Below are positions 14,431-39,013 of a stretch of DNA of 64,000 nucleotides, piece after piece. The notes below the pieces were generated by a model. That model searched no databases and was not told where the DNA came from. It was given only the letters and a program-made list of their open reading frames with translations. The stretch is taken from contig OX597815.1 in assembly GCA_951406725.2 (NCBI GenBank), forward strand, positions 10,230,001 through 10,294,000, given 5' to 3'. Position numbers and translations under genes: made by a program. This stretch comes from Octopus vulgaris. Lineage: Eukaryota. The first letter of the stretch is position 1. Each line of letters opens with the position of its first letter.

Positions 14431-15517
14431 CTTTAAATTAAGCTACGAGTTTGAATTGGGTGGGCGTGATTAGTTGTGGCTGCTGTACTAAGAAAGTGGA
14501 CAGATTAGTTGAATGCTATTGACTGATGACCTAAGTGTTCCGGAGGTTAACTGTCAGGCTGTATCCTTTTATAAGCTGTGATAGCGGCTGAGATAGAATA
14601 TCGTAGGACTTTCGCTGTCTGAGGTGACTAACTGTCTTTCAGATGTTGAGTGGACAGTTTATAGATGACTCCCAGCTTTCCATTCTTCAGTGCAAAAGTG
14701 TTGTCATATAGATTAAGAAAATAATAAACAATGCAGGAACCACCATGGAAATACATCTCATTGCTTCCTTTATAATGACAGTTTCAGATTTCAACCATTC
14801 AATATAGATCTGGACTACTGTTCCTAGATAGAACTGGTCTGGGAGATTTACAAATTTGAGCAGCAGGAAACCAAACCTTGTAAAATTGCTTATTATTTCA
14901 AAAGCTTTTAATAGATCCTAAAATGCAATGATCATGTATTAATACTGGTTCCTCCATTTCTCATGTAGCTGCCTTATAACATAGATATCTTGTGTACTGT
15001 GCTTTGGTACCTGCGGAAACCATAATGGAAGTGTGGTGTCATATTCTCTGGTACTGACTGGATCATTGTTTTAGCTAGAACCTTCTTGTCAATGTGTAGG
15101 TCTAAGCGCATGCACACGAGCACACACGTATACTCACACTTTGATGTATTTGCAGTGGCTAATCTTTGGTTTATAGTCGAACAAGTATTGAAAATTTATA
15201 CACCGCCACTCTATCATTTATTAGTCCAGGAAAATTGGAAGACAAAGCCAGCTTCTGAAAGATTTGCCTTCAAAATATAAAACGACTTGGAAAAACACAG
15301 TATGATATTTCTTCCGACAAGCTTTTGTTCCAGTTACTTTAGTAACCTACTAATCTTATTTCTATCTTTATTTATTTTCCATTAATTAGTATTTATCGGT
15401 CTGTCCTTGGATGTTCAAGTGGCTTGTCAGTTTTTCTGTGCGAAGACTTTGCAAAGCCTCGCTCAATGCTTTTACATTTCTGTAGAATCGGACTTGCCTT
15501 AGAGTACTTTGTAGCTG

Positions 15518-15599
<82 letters not shown>

Positions 15600-15606
15600 A
15601 AGATAG

Positions 15607-15669
<63 letters not shown>

Positions 15670-16109
15670 TAGATAGATAGATAGATAGATAGGTAGAGAG
15701 AGAGAGAGAGAGAGAGATAGGTAGATAGATAGATAGATAGATAGGTAGAGAGAGAGAGAGAGAGAAAGAGTGAGAGATAATCGGCTGCAATACGTGGCTT
15801 GTACTTTATCGATTCCGCTTGGAAGAAGGCAATGTTGTCCCTGGCGATATTTGAACACAGAAACGATACAATAGCAGCAAATACAACAGAATTCAGGAGT
15901 AAATTTAAAATCTTTATTTATTCATTTGAAAAAATTTCCCTTCGACGTCTGTTTGGGCGGCAACAGGCTCTGGGTGGACATAAATTGTGAGTGAAGCTGT
16001 GGAATGAAAATTATGTTTAACAGCTTTCAGTTTTAATACTGATACAACGGTAAAATCTTGCACCACATAGATGGTTACATAACAGATAACATCACACACA
16101 CACACATAC

Positions 16110-16177
<68 letters not shown>

Positions 16178-16349
16178 TCATATATATATATATAATATAT
16201 ATTATATATATATTTATATATATTATATATATAATATATATATATTATATATAATACATATTATACATATCATATATATATAATATATATATAGATATAT
16301 TATACATATTATATATATATAATATATTATATATATATATTATACATAA

Positions 16350-16427
<78 letters not shown>

Positions 16428-16800
16428 TGTTAAGACATTAAACCGCAATGGAGTATTGGAATATTACAAATCTGATGTCTTAATACAGCAGTTGACACTA
16501 AAATATTATACTTCTAGAATGTTAAGACGATACTAGAAATATTATACATCTGGTGTATTAATACGGAATATGGCTTTAGAAATTTTACACATCTGGAGAG
16601 TTAACAAATGTGCCATAGGAAATATTACGTATCTGATATATTAATACAACAGATGATATTTCTGATATTAGATATCTGGAGTGTTAAGACATCGGATAAC
16701 ACTAAAAAAAAAATATGGCCTACTCGAAGTGTTAATACAACGGATGCCACTGGGTTATAAACCCGGATTAAGTGTTAATACAGCATCTGTAGTATTAAAA
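16428..16800. repeat. Degenerate minisatellite, about 41-42 bp unit
   Basis: Recurrent AATATTA..ATCTG..GTGTTAA.AC motif about 8 times. Confidence 0.7.
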
Positions 16801-17150
16801 CTAGCAGAGTAGATGGAACTGGACATATACACCTCTGAAACATATCGTGACAGAAGACGCATATGTATGAAGGGATAACAAAGGGAAATAGTTGGGTGTG
16901 GATGGGGAAAAAAAAATCAAGGGTAATGAATCCATACACCAGGGATTAGTAATATTTCAGGGATCAGTAGGGAGAGTATGGGAGGAAACTGTACATATGG
17001 CAGCTGTACGAAATATAATAATGCCCCTTTAAGAAAAAGTATAAAAATGAATGGTGGACATTATGTATTTGGTTCCAGTATTTACATAATATTTATTATG
17101 TCATATTGACCTTGCAAACGTACATGCACGCATATCATAATTGTATACAA

Positions 17151-17198
<48 letters not shown>

Positions 17199-17246
17199 GT
17201 ATAATACATATATATATGTATATATATATATATATGTATATATATG

Positions 17247-17279
<33 letters not shown>

Positions 17280-17318
17280 GTATATATATATGTATATATA
17301 TATGTATATATATATATA

Positions 17319-17412
<94 letters not shown>

Positions 17413-17447
17413 GTATATATATATGTATATATATATGTATATATATG

Positions 17448-17539
<92 letters not shown>

Positions 17540-18220
17540 GTATGTGTGTGTGTGGTGTGTATCATATATATAAAGACACACACGTAAATACACACACACA
17601 CACACATATATATACGTGATAATACATACATACATGCATACATACATGCTTACACACAGGTATATTGGAACACACAAACAAGGAATTCCTAACAATGGAA
17701 TGATATCCAGTTTTAAGAGTTCGTTGGATACTTTTGTGTTGTCTGAAGTCACAGCAAGATTTGACTGTTTATTGAAATAAATGGTTCTCAATGAAAAATA
17801 GTCCAGAATTGTAAAAATATATATATATATTGACGGCAAAGATAATCATGGCATCAAAAGTGCGTGTGTACAGTTCGATGGCATGTAAATATAGTCACAT
17901 ACGCATAGGTATACATACTTAAGAAGTACATACACCATCGTTAGGAGCTCACTTAGGGAGCAATCTAGAAGGATAATATACGCATCACACATATATGTAT
18001 ATATTGTATATATAAACACATACATGAAATGTATGAAAAGTAAACACACGAACGCAAACATGCACTTTACTCAGCCTCCATGTATACATTCTAATATATA
18101 TCGTATGTATGTATATATATGTATATATATATATATATAATATATCCCATAACACAGTATATATATATGTATATACATATACCATAACATACACTCTATA
18201 TATATACACACCATAACACA

Positions 18221-18264
<44 letters not shown>

Positions 18265-18864
18265 ACATATGTATATATATATATATACCATAGCATTGTA
18301 TATATATATATACCATAGCATTGTATATATATATATACCATAACATACTGTGTGTATATATATATACCTTAACACACTATATATGTATATATAATATATA
18401 TGAATGTGTATATATATATATATGCATACATACATATGCGCACACGTACAACATGAAACCAATGGTAGTCTGGTTAACCCAGAAATAAAGAATATTTATA
18501 CACCAATGTGGTGTTGAGTACTCATTCTCACTATTCGATATTAACGGATATATATATATATATCTATATATTTTGATAGATATACTTGCAAACACACTCT
18601 TGTACATACATTCATCTCATGATCCAGGTATTCATTGTAAAGAAAGCACATTGGAATATCTGACAAGAATGGCCAGGAATGCGCAAATGACATTAAATTG
18701 TGCTTCTACAGTTTAAGAGTTATATATTTCTTGGGTGGAGTTTAAACGATAAGTGCTGTGTCAGCATTACTTAAATGAATTAATGTTATGCACTGCGTGA
18801 TTGTGTATGTGTGTGTGTGTGTGTGTGTATATGGGTGTATATGTTGACGCATGCGCGTGTTTAA

Positions 18865-19101
18865 CCCTTTAGCATTTAAACCGGTCATATCCGGCCAAAA
18901 GTATTCTGCCTGTTTTATGTTCAAACTGGCCATATCTGGTCTCTCACACCAACCCTGTCATCTTAATGTCATCTTATAAAATTAACAGCCACCTCATCAA
19001 AATCTCATAACTACAAGATTAATGCATGATTAGTTCAAAAACAATGTGGATTAAAAAAAAAAGCATTAGTTTTGGCAGGATAATGCGAACACACTAAAGG
19101 G
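18865..19101. mobile_element. piggyBac-type MITE
   Basis: TTAA-CCCTTTAG ... CTAAAGGG-TAAA terminal inverted repeats with TTAA target (right copy mutated). Confidence 0.6.
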
Positions 19102-19270
19102 TAAAAGTTGTGCGGAAACTGTAGCTCTTAGAAATAAAAAAAAAAAAAGAATTCTACTTGTAACGTGGAATCAGCATTGTCTTAGTTGATGGGTGACGAT
19201 ATAGCACCGTTAGGAATTCTCCCTCACATAGCCAGTGATGCTGTTGTCGCTACCACTGCTGCTGCTGCTG

Positions 19271-19340
<70 letters not shown>

Positions 19341-19940
19341 AAGCCACTCTGAACAAAACATCAACAAACCGACCACCGATCGATCGACCGACCCAGGAAG
19401 GCACGATATATACATAGAGTTTGAACCTGGAATATTTGTGTCAATTTTATCAGTCGAATCTCAAAAAGCATTTTTACAAAATACATGTTTAGATTTTTCT
19501 CGGAAGTTTTTCTAAGGATTTTAGTTTTTTTTTGTTTGTTTTTAAAACAATTTTGAGCTAAATCCTGGCAAAAATCTACTCGAATATTGGTCGAAGATAA
19601 AATCAATACCATTTTCATGTCGTTAGAAAAGTTTAAACAGGTCGCTGAGTCAACACAGATGACAATGTCACTATTTAATTAAAAATCAGCCTGGAAGAGC
19701 TCAGCCTGGTCCCGGGCTTTTGACTACATAACATCGTTGGTATGACTACATCGCGAACTCGTTGTCAATTCAATGATTAGGTTTTCTAAACGTCAGCAAC
19801 ACTCCCATCATCTTTTTCTACAGTCATAGTCACGTGGTCACAGTTTTGACGCAGCCTCGGAATTTAACAGCCATTTTTAAAGAACTGATCCGTTTAACGT
19901 AACAAATATGTTTACAAATGTGAGTGAGTTTGTGAACAAT

Positions 19941-19986
<46 letters not shown>

Positions 19987-20019
19987 CATACATATATATA
20001 TGTATATATATATATACAT

Positions 20020-20053
<34 letters not shown>

Positions 20054-22092
20054 ACATATATACACACACATATATATATATGTACATATATATATACAGA
20101 TATATATATATACATATATATATATACATATACATATACATATATATATATATACATATATACATATACATATACACATATTTGTATATATATATATACA
20201 CATATACATATATGATATATATACACAGTATATATATAATGTACATATATAAGTTCGTGTGCGCGTGTCTATTTTTTTTGTAAATATACAAGCGTGTTTG
20301 TATATAATTGTTGCGCATTTGCAAGTATGTGTATTGTTGTAGAGTCTTTTATGGTTTGTAGTTGTCTGAAGTTGTATCGTTCTTCTAGATATATTACGTA
20401 TCTGTGCAAGCATATTAGCATTTAAAAAAAAAACTGCAAAAAACTAAAAAAAACACAAACAATCAAACAAACAAAAACAATAACATGAACTCCACTCGAA
20501 ATACATATAATAAGAAATATAATGTGCGATATTGATTTTGGTATCATAAAACAAATGTAAATTATTTCATCATCGATTTCGTTATCATCGTTTACTCGTC
20601 CCTCATAACCAATAAGTTTTTTTTTATCATCACAGAAAATGGCGTATTTGTGGCTGTTTCTCCCACATTCTCCATCAAATTTCTGTCTCTGATTTCATTA
20701 TTCACTTCCATCATAACATTGTGCGATTCCTTCCCCCCACCGCATCCCACTCCTCGCTCCCGCACATCCAACATAACAGCACATCGGTAGAAAATTGTCA
20801 GGCAAGACATTGAAGCTTGAAAAAAATCCAACCTCTTGAAAAATTAATTAAGGTAAGGTTTTGGAGGTAAAGAATTGCAGTAAAAAAAGAAATGAAAAAA
20901 AATATTACTGAATTAAAATTGAAAATAAAAGCCAATAAAAACATTGACGCTTCCACCTCAAATCTCTCCCCTCTCACCTTAAATCAGTGGATTGTAACTA
21001 GAGGCAAGTTATTTATGCAAGTATGCAATCACAGAAAAAAAAAAAAAAATACAGGTATGTTAAAGATGTGCGATGTATCCTCTTTGCAACTGAAATCAGA
21101 AGCCAAATTGTCGAGGTCAGGGATCAGAGGTCTGTGGCAGTGGCATAAGGTGAAACAAAATAATATATAATAAATATCATCCGTGGAAGTTTCTTCGGCC
21201 ACAAATCGGTCAAGATTTAACTTCCTCAGCTATCTTCAATAACGTCAACTCAAAATATGGTTTTTCGTTTGATATAACGAATTTAAAAACAAAAAACCAG
21301 AAAGAAGGCTCCAGAAAGAAATTCACACATTTCTTTGCTACACTAGTTTATATAAATTGAATTTTACGAGTCAATTTGTTTTTTTTTTTCCACAACCAAA
21401 CCTATGTAGGATTTTTAAAAGATTCCCTGAGGAGGGAGTAGAAGTATAAAATGTGTACGTATGAGGTGGTTAACATATATTTAACCAATATAGATTCTTC
21501 TTTCCGAATGTTTTTTCATCAAAAGTTCAAATTCTCTCCACGTTTCATCCTTTTGAAAATAGTTCCTCCATTTTGTAATTTAAAATGATTTCAATGTTCT
21601 AATAATCTCAGATGAGATGTCTACGTATTGTATATCCCCAATGCTGGATATCACAACTGTAAATAACAACGCCGTTTTAAATATCAGAAAATATAACTGA
21701 TCTCGTATATGCGCCGGCTGCGTGTATTCCTCGTGCCGTGTCGTTGAAGCTGGACGCCGAGGGCGACTTCCTTCGTATCAACAAAGCTGTTCAATCGAAT
21801 GGCTAGTTCAGAGCAAATCATAAAAAACAAATAGAAACCAGCGTAGATTTAGTGTCAAAATCTCGTTAACGTCGACTAAATCCGACACTACAGAAATATT
21901 TTCTGATTTTTTTTTTCTCTCTTTTGTCTTTCAGTTTGAAGGCAGCGGCCCGCTTCGTTTAACTGCCAGCAAGCGACTGTCCGTACAGGGAATATGGTTG
22001 AATGATGTTTTCTGCTCGGAAGCAGCGAACAAACATAACAAAGAATTGGAAATATTCTTTTTAGCGTTTGGAAAATATTTCATCACGAACAA

Positions 22093-30518
<8,426 letters not shown>

Positions 30519-30675
30519 CTGCAAAAGAAGAAAAACGGTTAGTGATGAAATATAAAAAAGCAATGCTAGAAAATGCAGTGTGTGTGTGTGTGTGAAAGAA
30601 AGACACACACACATAGATATATTTCTATTATGTATACATATTTATAATATATACATATTTATAATATATACATAT

Positions 30676-30772
<97 letters not shown>

Positions 30773-31912
30773 TATATATATATATATATAAATAAAATAT
30801 ATATACAATATATATATATAAATGAAATATATATATACAATATATATATAAGATATATGAAATATATATATATATAAAATAATATATATATAAAATACAT
30901 ATATATATAAAGTATATATATATGAAATATATATATACAATATATATATAAATGAAATATATATATACAATATATATATATATGAAATATATATATACAA
31001 TATATATATATATATAATATATATATATGAAATATATATATATAAAATATATATATATATCTATATATACACATATATATGTGGGTGTAATTGTTTGTGT
31101 ATGTAGGTAGATGCATTATTTATTTATACAGAGCGAATAGATACAACGGTGATAATAGAATATAAGTAGATGTATGTAAATTCATTTAACCACGTGACCG
31201 CATGTTTATAGCACGGAAGCATTTAGGAATGAATTCGACATTTCTATTTTTGGCACGCACACACACACACTAATGTGTGTGTGTGTGCCTATGTTTAGCT
31301 GCTAGACCAAATTAACATTATATATATATATATGAGAGAGAGCGAGAAAGAGAGAGAGAGAGAACGATACAGTATGTGCTTCGCTGAAGTGCATTTGTGG
31401 ATATGATCTAAATTAAGTATTTGATGACGGCACCTCAGCATAGTCGAGATTCAGCGATTACGAAAATATAGAATATATATAAACGCAACTACACACACAC
31501 GCACACACACGCACACACACACACACACACACACATACACATATGCATACATAACTATGTGTGATTGTCTGTGTGTGTGTGTGTGCAATCGTGTATATGC
31601 TTTTTACCACAACAAAGATTTATATTAGGAACATAGTCAACAAATAGTCACGCGGACAGGTGCATGACACACATATATATATATGGAAATTTGATAACTC
31701 CACTCGAGTGGACGAAAGTGCTAGTATATGATATGTGATATATATAAACATGTAATATACTACGAAATATCTATAAATATAAAACCATCCGGGTTTCTGA
31801 GTACCTCATTTCTTCTAATATGTAAATTCATATATATATACATACATGTAGATATATATAAATATAGATAAACACACACATAAACGAACCATACATACAC
31901 AATCGCGCGCAC

Positions 31913-32165
<253 letters not shown>

Positions 32166-32395
32166 CATATAGGAATACACATTCAGAAACGCATTTAAAT
32201 ATAGATACGAAGATATAAGCGTGCAAGTATTAAAGAGGGGGAGAGAAGACAGGAGTGAAAGTATGATGAGATAATTTATGAAGATCTGAAAAAACGAGTT
32301 TCACGGTTCAGATTTTCGGACGATATTAAATAATTGAATAGTACTGGGGGGGGGGGCATCAGACCACTGAGTAGGTTCCGTACTAGTCTCTGTTC

Positions 32396-32401
32396 ATGAT
32401 G

Positions 32402-32468
<67 letters not shown>

Positions 32469-32818
32469 TGATGATGATAATAATAATAATAGTAATAATA
32501 ATAATAATTATGATAATAATAATGATAATGATGATGATGATAATGATGATGATAATAATAATAGTAATAATAATAATAACAATAATAATAATGATAATAA
32601 TAATAATAATGATAATAATAATAATAATGATAATGATATTGATAATGATAATAATAATAATAATGATAATAATAATAATAATAGTGATGATAATAATAAT
32701 AGTGATAATAATAATAATAATAATAGTGATAATAATAATTATAATAATAATAATGATAATGATGATGATGATGAGGATAATGATGATGATGATGATGATG
32801 ATAATAATAATAATAATG

Positions 32819-32890
<72 letters not shown>
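32396..32890. repeat. (AAT/GAT)n trinucleotide tract
   Basis: Direct reading. Confidence 0.97.
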
Positions 32891-33085
32891 GTCATTTCTA
32901 CTATAGACACAAGGCCTGAAATTTTGGGGGAGAGGGGTAGTCAATTACATCGACCCCAGTGTTTCACTGGTACTTAATTTATCGATTCCGAAAGGATGAA
33001 AGGCAAAGTCGACCAAAATCGACGGAATTTGAACTCCGAACGTTCAGACGGACGAAATACCGTTGAGCTTGTTGCTCGTCGTCTT
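32891..33085 (-). mobile_element. SINE family A, tail-B variant, whose (ATT)n tail expands into the 32396-32890 microsatellite
   Basis: Same core with tail CCCCCAAAATTTCAGGCCTTGTGTCTATAGTAGAAA. Older related copies near 46060-46255, 46850-47200, 47990-48215 (-) and 50838-51230 (+). Confidence 0.8.
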
Positions 33086-33098
33086 GATAATAATAATG

Positions 33099-33135
<37 letters not shown>

Positions 33136-33233
33136 CAATAATAATGATAATAATAATGACGATAATAACAACAATAATAATTATTATTGAAAGTAAACAA
33201 ACAAGAGTACATATATTCTTATATATATTAATA

Positions 33234-33293
<60 letters not shown>

Positions 33294-33374
33294 CATCCAT
33301 CTATCCATCCATCTATCTATCTATCCATCCATCTATCTATCCATCTATCTGTTTATCCATCTATCCATCTATCC

Positions 33375-33441
<67 letters not shown>

Positions 33442-34043
33442 CATCTATCCATCTATCTATCTATCTATCTATCAATCTATCTGCATATGTATACATTACA
33501 TATATACGTAATAACTATTTACGCGTTCATTTCCAAGCATAATATATCATTGTGCGACTGTATACGCATATTGTGCGATTTGTATCACTCGCAGTAAAAT
33601 ATGCAACGAATAAACCTGGCACACACATATATATATAGAAAGAACGTTGCAGCAGAGGAATGAGCGAATACAGCAACAGAATAAAAAGACTGTTTTGGTT
33701 AAACACAAACCGAGTTAAATCCGTAGACATTTACACAGAGTCGGACATATCTGAACACTCACACGCACACACACACAGACACGCTTCACTGTGTTCATAC
33801 TATTGCAGGTAGCAAGTATTTTTTTTCGATATTGTCGACCTCCAGCAACCAACCTTCTAACAGTTGATGATATGACATATCGATCGATCAATACTTAATT
33901 TAGGAAAACAGAGAACCTAATTAGTCCGCTAATATAGAACAAAGGACTCGAAGTCTCCGTGTACAAAATTACACAGAGACATTGTCTTCGACTTCTTTCT
34001 CATCTCATATATATGTATATATATATATATGCATATATATATG

Positions 34044-34239
<196 letters not shown>

Positions 34240-34424
34240 TATATACATATATATATATATATACATATATATACATATATATATATATACATATATATAC
34301 ATATATACATATATATATACATATATATATATACATATATATATATATCCATATATATATATCCATATATATATATACATATATACATATATATATCCAT
34401 ATATATATATATCCATATATATAT

Positions 34425-34468
<44 letters not shown>

Positions 34469-34693
34469 GTACGTATGTATGTATGTGTGTGTGCTTGTGT
34501 AAATATATGCGTATGTTTGTGTATAATTAAACATCTATCTATCTATCTAGTCATTGTCTGCCTAGCTATTCCTCTCTCCATCCCAATCTCACTTTTCTTT
34601 CTCTCGTTTTCACCTTATTGTCTTATCTTATATATATATATATATATATAGATATATTTTTTTTTTACTATTTTCAACATAAATTTTCCATAC

Positions 34694-34708
34694 CATCTGC
34701 ATCTTCAT
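34694..34708 (-). CDS. Candidate first coding segment MKMQM of the RhoGEF
   Basis: ATGAAGATGCAGATG|gtatgg gives a phase-0 donor compatible with the 30518 exon; in-frame TAA five codons upstream; lies downstream of a promoter-like region. Inference only. Confidence 0.4.
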
Positions 34709-35039
34709 CTGGATAGGTTGTTAAATGTAACAAATTGCCGATGTCTTGTATTGTTGTTGTCTTTTCTGTGTTTTCCAATCAAACGTCACCTGATGGTAGG
34801 TATATATTTCTTCCTTTTTCCCAGCGTTGTTTTCCAAAAATATTTCGGCTATTCAGTTCTGCTCCTGTATATATACACACCGTAAACACACACAACGTAG
34901 TTGGCAAACGGTTTTCCTTTCTAAGTCAAAACACCATTTTGGTATCATATCCTCAATCTCTTTATGTCTGTCTTCCACTTGTACCACAATCCTTGTCAAG
35001 TGACACTTTTTTACGATTACGTTATGGTAAGCGGCTTGA

Positions 35040-35432
35040 GTCCAGTCCTGAGCATGCGCAGTGTAGCCTGCTGTTCCTCCTTCTCGCGTCTCTGCGTTTC
35101 TTCCTCCTCCTCCTCGCGTCTTTCCTGCTAGACAGTCTGTGATGATGAAGAACCGATATACGGATGGTGGCGTATCGTTGTAATCGATTTGTTCATTCAT
35201 TCATTCATGGAAAAAAGAAATCATTCATAAACACGGTGGTGACGTCAGTCATGTAGGTGTTTCTGTTTGCACATTCGAATGCCTCTCATCTTATGAATGA
35301 ATTCTCAACTGCCGCAGCACCGTGTTTTTACAACCATAAACTACTCGATGGTTGATTGTCATCAGACAGACATTGCAAACGATACTCGTACATAGAGACA
35401 GTCGTGACCTTGCTGAGAAGCAGATGGAGGGC

Positions 35433-35440
<8 letters not shown>
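35040..35440 (-). promoter_or_regulatory. Putative RhoGEF promoter/5' region
   Basis: Unique CpG-retaining sequence with a palindromic CRE TGACGTCA (35240-35247), NRF1-like GCATGCGCA (35052-35060) and GC box GAGGGCGGG (35427-35435). Confidence 0.4.
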
Positions 35441-35466
<26 letters not shown>

Positions 35467-37809
35467 TTTACCGTTTTCCTTCGTTGTTTGGTCTATGAAT
35501 ACACCAACTACTATACACTCAGATATAAAGCACTGGTAGTACTAGTAGTGGTGCTTGATATGAAAAGAGTAAATAGTTGTAATATTGATTATGTTGATCG
35601 TCGCGTGCACACACACACACACACACACATACACACATACACACGCGCATTACCAATATAATCGCAGCTACTAACATATGCTGTAGTTGAACTTCGTCCC
35701 TGACTGAACAGATTTATGACCAAAGACATCCAACCACGACACCCACCAACGGCATTAGGCTATATAGTCGCACTTTACTCAATGTGCATTTTTTTCCCTA
35801 GTTTTAGATGATAGAACTTGATTCGAGATTCGTGGCTGCTATATCTAGCAAGAGGAGCGACCACACCGAGGCTTCTTTGTTGGCCTTCAATGGCATATTT
35901 CAGACGTGGTATGTCATGGTGGTAGTGGAGGTATTGCTTGTGATGGTCACCGTGATCGTATGTGCCAACAGCTAGATTCATATCCCGGTTTTTTTCCATT
36001 CCAATTCTCTTCAGTCTAGGAATGGTATAAATACACACACAAACACACACCACTATCACTATTGCGGTAAACAGAAGATATATTGATAGAGCTTTGTTTC
36101 TGTTTGGCTTAGTTTAGCCCTGATTTAGCAGACCTATGATCAAAGGCATTCTAGCCTGACCATTCAGTTCTTTTGGGGGACATCTAGGACTATAATCCTA
36201 GTGCTCCTTCCTCTTTTCTTAAAGACAATAGGAAGGGCTTTGAGACGCATTAGAGGTCTTCTCTAATACAGTGTAGCATTGAGCAGGAAAGTGACGCAAC
36301 ATATCAGAGTGATTATATCATTGTATGGTGCATGACTGGTGTAGTGTAGTAATAGTATAGGGTATTGGTGTTATAGGGTATAGGTGTTAGTATAGCGTAT
36401 TGGTGTATAGGGTTGTGTACTATAATATATATTTCTTTATTGCCCACAAGGGGCTAAACATAGAGGGGACAAACAAAGACAAAGGGATTAAGTCGATCAC
36501 ATCGACCCCAGTGCGTAACTGGTACTTTATTTATCGACCCAATATAGCATAGTGCAGGTGTTTGGTTGAGTAGATTAGTATATACGTGCAGCATCTTTTA
36601 TCTTTTACTTGTTAGAATAATTAGACAACGGCCATGCTGGAGCACGGTATTGAAAAGTTTTTAGTTAAATGAATCGACCCCTGTACTGTTGGTCCCCTGA
36701 GTGGTCGTAATAGCATTAACTAATTGTTGGTGTAATGATTGTTGTTGTTTAAACCCGAGTCAATCTTGATCCAGATCAGACCCATGGTCGCTAGTATTTT
36801 AGGCTGGATCTTTCCCGTCGTTATTAGAGATGATGTATCTAAGACTTCAACCAGTGTATCATGCATTTCTTTTATTAAGATGGATGTGCATGACTGAAAA
36901 GGCATTTGGTTGCTATTTCTAGCAAGGCAAAATTCTAGTGAAATCCTGTTGATTCACCGAACACAATTACTACCATATATAGATGTAGATGCTGTATGCA
37001 TGTATGTATGCGTATACATACATACATACATATATGTATCTATATAAATATATGTGTAAATATATATATATATATATGTATCTATATAAATATGTATATA
37101 TATATATATATATGTTTATATAAATACATGCACACATATTTATAAAGATACATATATATGTATCTATATATATATATATATATATGTGTTTATATAAATA
37201 CATACATATGTTTACATACATATATATATATATATTCGTATATTGTGTGTATAACTATGTGTATATATACTTTATACATATATATAAAGAGAGAAAAGAT
37301 TCACACACGCGCATATATAACTATGGCCATGCTGGGGCACAACCGAGTGACAGACTATACACTCTTACTTACACGCACACACACAGACACACGCATATAT
37401 ATATATATACACACCTGTGCGATCACCTTTTTCTCCAATTCTTCTCCATCATTGTTCTCCATCCCTCACCCCCCTCCCACGTACATTTTCCATTTCCCTC
37501 AACCCCCCCCTCCATGCTGTTAGTCTTCGTTCCATATTTCCCAACTGATCGATAATGGCAACAAAATCGATACAAACCACCCACCTACTTTACGTGAGTA
37601 TCGAACGCCCCCACATTTAATGTCTATCATTGAACCACAGTTCTGACATCCCTGAACACCTCTTCACCCTTACACCTTCCTCTCCTCTTCCTTTCTCAGA
37701 CACTCTACAATTCTACAATTCCAGTTTCCGCAGCAATAGAATCAATTGCTTAATCAATCAGCTATTATCATCGACATCATCAACAATCTCATCATTATCT
37801 TAATCCTCC

Positions 37810-38296
37810 TCACTACCACCACTACCACCACTAGCACCACCGGTACCACAACTACAACCACTACCACCATCACCACCACTGTCACCACCACCACCATCAC
37901 CATCACTATCACCACCACCACCACCACCACTATCACCACCACCACAACCACCACCACCACCACCATCACCATCACTATCACCACCACTACAACCACCACA
38001 ACCACCACCACCATCAACGCCACCGCCGCCACCTTTGTCGTTAATCCTCTTCACCAGCACTACAATCGCCACCACTGTCATCACCATTGCCGTCACCGAC
38101 ACTACCAACACTTTCACCGTTTGTCATCAAATACTCCTCCTCCTCCTCCTCCTCCTCATCATCATCATCAACATCATCAACATCATCATCACCGTCGTCG
38201 CCATCACCACAACCCAGCTCCTCACCGGCCACCCTTTTGTCATTGTTTATTCAAAAATCAACTTCAAACTCCTCTGCAAACGACATTCATCCAACT

Positions 38297-38370
<74 letters not shown>
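37810..38370. repeat. (ACC/ATC/CCT)n compound trinucleotide tract followed by (CA)n
   Basis: Direct reading. Confidence 0.95.
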
Positions 38371-38372
<2 letters not shown>

Positions 38373-38607
38373 GCTTCTATTTATTCCTGACACACAGTCC
38401 TACAAAGACACAAGCACTCACCTGTAACCCCTCATGCACTAAACCTATGCACACATACTCTAAGCTTACTCTTTGATAACCATGCGGTCTTTAACTCTCC
38501 CCTTAACACTCCTTCTCTTCCACTCTTCCACTCTCACTCTCCTCCTCTCTCAGTAAAGTAAATGATATTCAATACACATAGAATGAAATTTGTTTATTAA
38601 AATTTAT

Positions 38608-38646
<39 letters not shown>

Positions 38647-38687
38647 ACATATATATATGTATACATATACGTATATATATATGTATA

Positions 38688-38768
<81 letters not shown>

Positions 38769-38951
38769 GCATATATATATGTATATATATATCTATATAT
38801 ATATACATATAAACATTATATATATATATATAAATATATATATATTATTAATAGTAATGGTATGCCAACAAAAGAATGAATGAGACCTCAATATTATGTA
38901 ACTAGAGGAATATATCTGTAATATACTATGTGACAATTATTCGGTTGCCAT

Positions 38952-39013
38952 TAGAAAACTCCGAGTTTCGGATGTCGGGGCGCAAAATCTGCTCCGGCAT
39001 CTCATCAGTTATT
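38952..39013 (-). ncRNA. Type I hammerhead ribozyme motif with canonical core (in TA-flanked element about 38828-39050)
   Basis: CUGAUGA-GAUGCCGG...CCGACAUC-C-GAAAC-UCGGA-GUU; long stem II, weak stem I. Confidence 0.6.

Noticed and set aside
21900-21960. Strong plus-strand polypyrimidine/AG acceptor near the RhoGEF stop
   Set aside because: No coding exon or partner exons found; explained as an A-rich stretch of the minus-strand 3' UTR
31690-31728. Hammerhead-like TTGATAA-CTCCACTCGAGTGGAC-GAAAG
   Set aside because: Core has several substitutions and no stem I or III; at most a dead relic
32276-32977. Long poly-Y/poly-I/poly-H ORFs, and the many YI, CV, HT and LSIY repeat ORFs elsewhere
   Set aside because: Stop-free frames of simple repeats
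34853-35200. 115-aa minus-strand ORF as RhoGEF exon 1
   Set aside because: Ends in a stop, has no recognisable motif and no convincing in-frame donor; more likely 5' UTR or promoter
37746-38390. Mucin-like poly-Thr/His ORF
   Set aside because: Compound trinucleotide microsatellite; no credible exon boundaries
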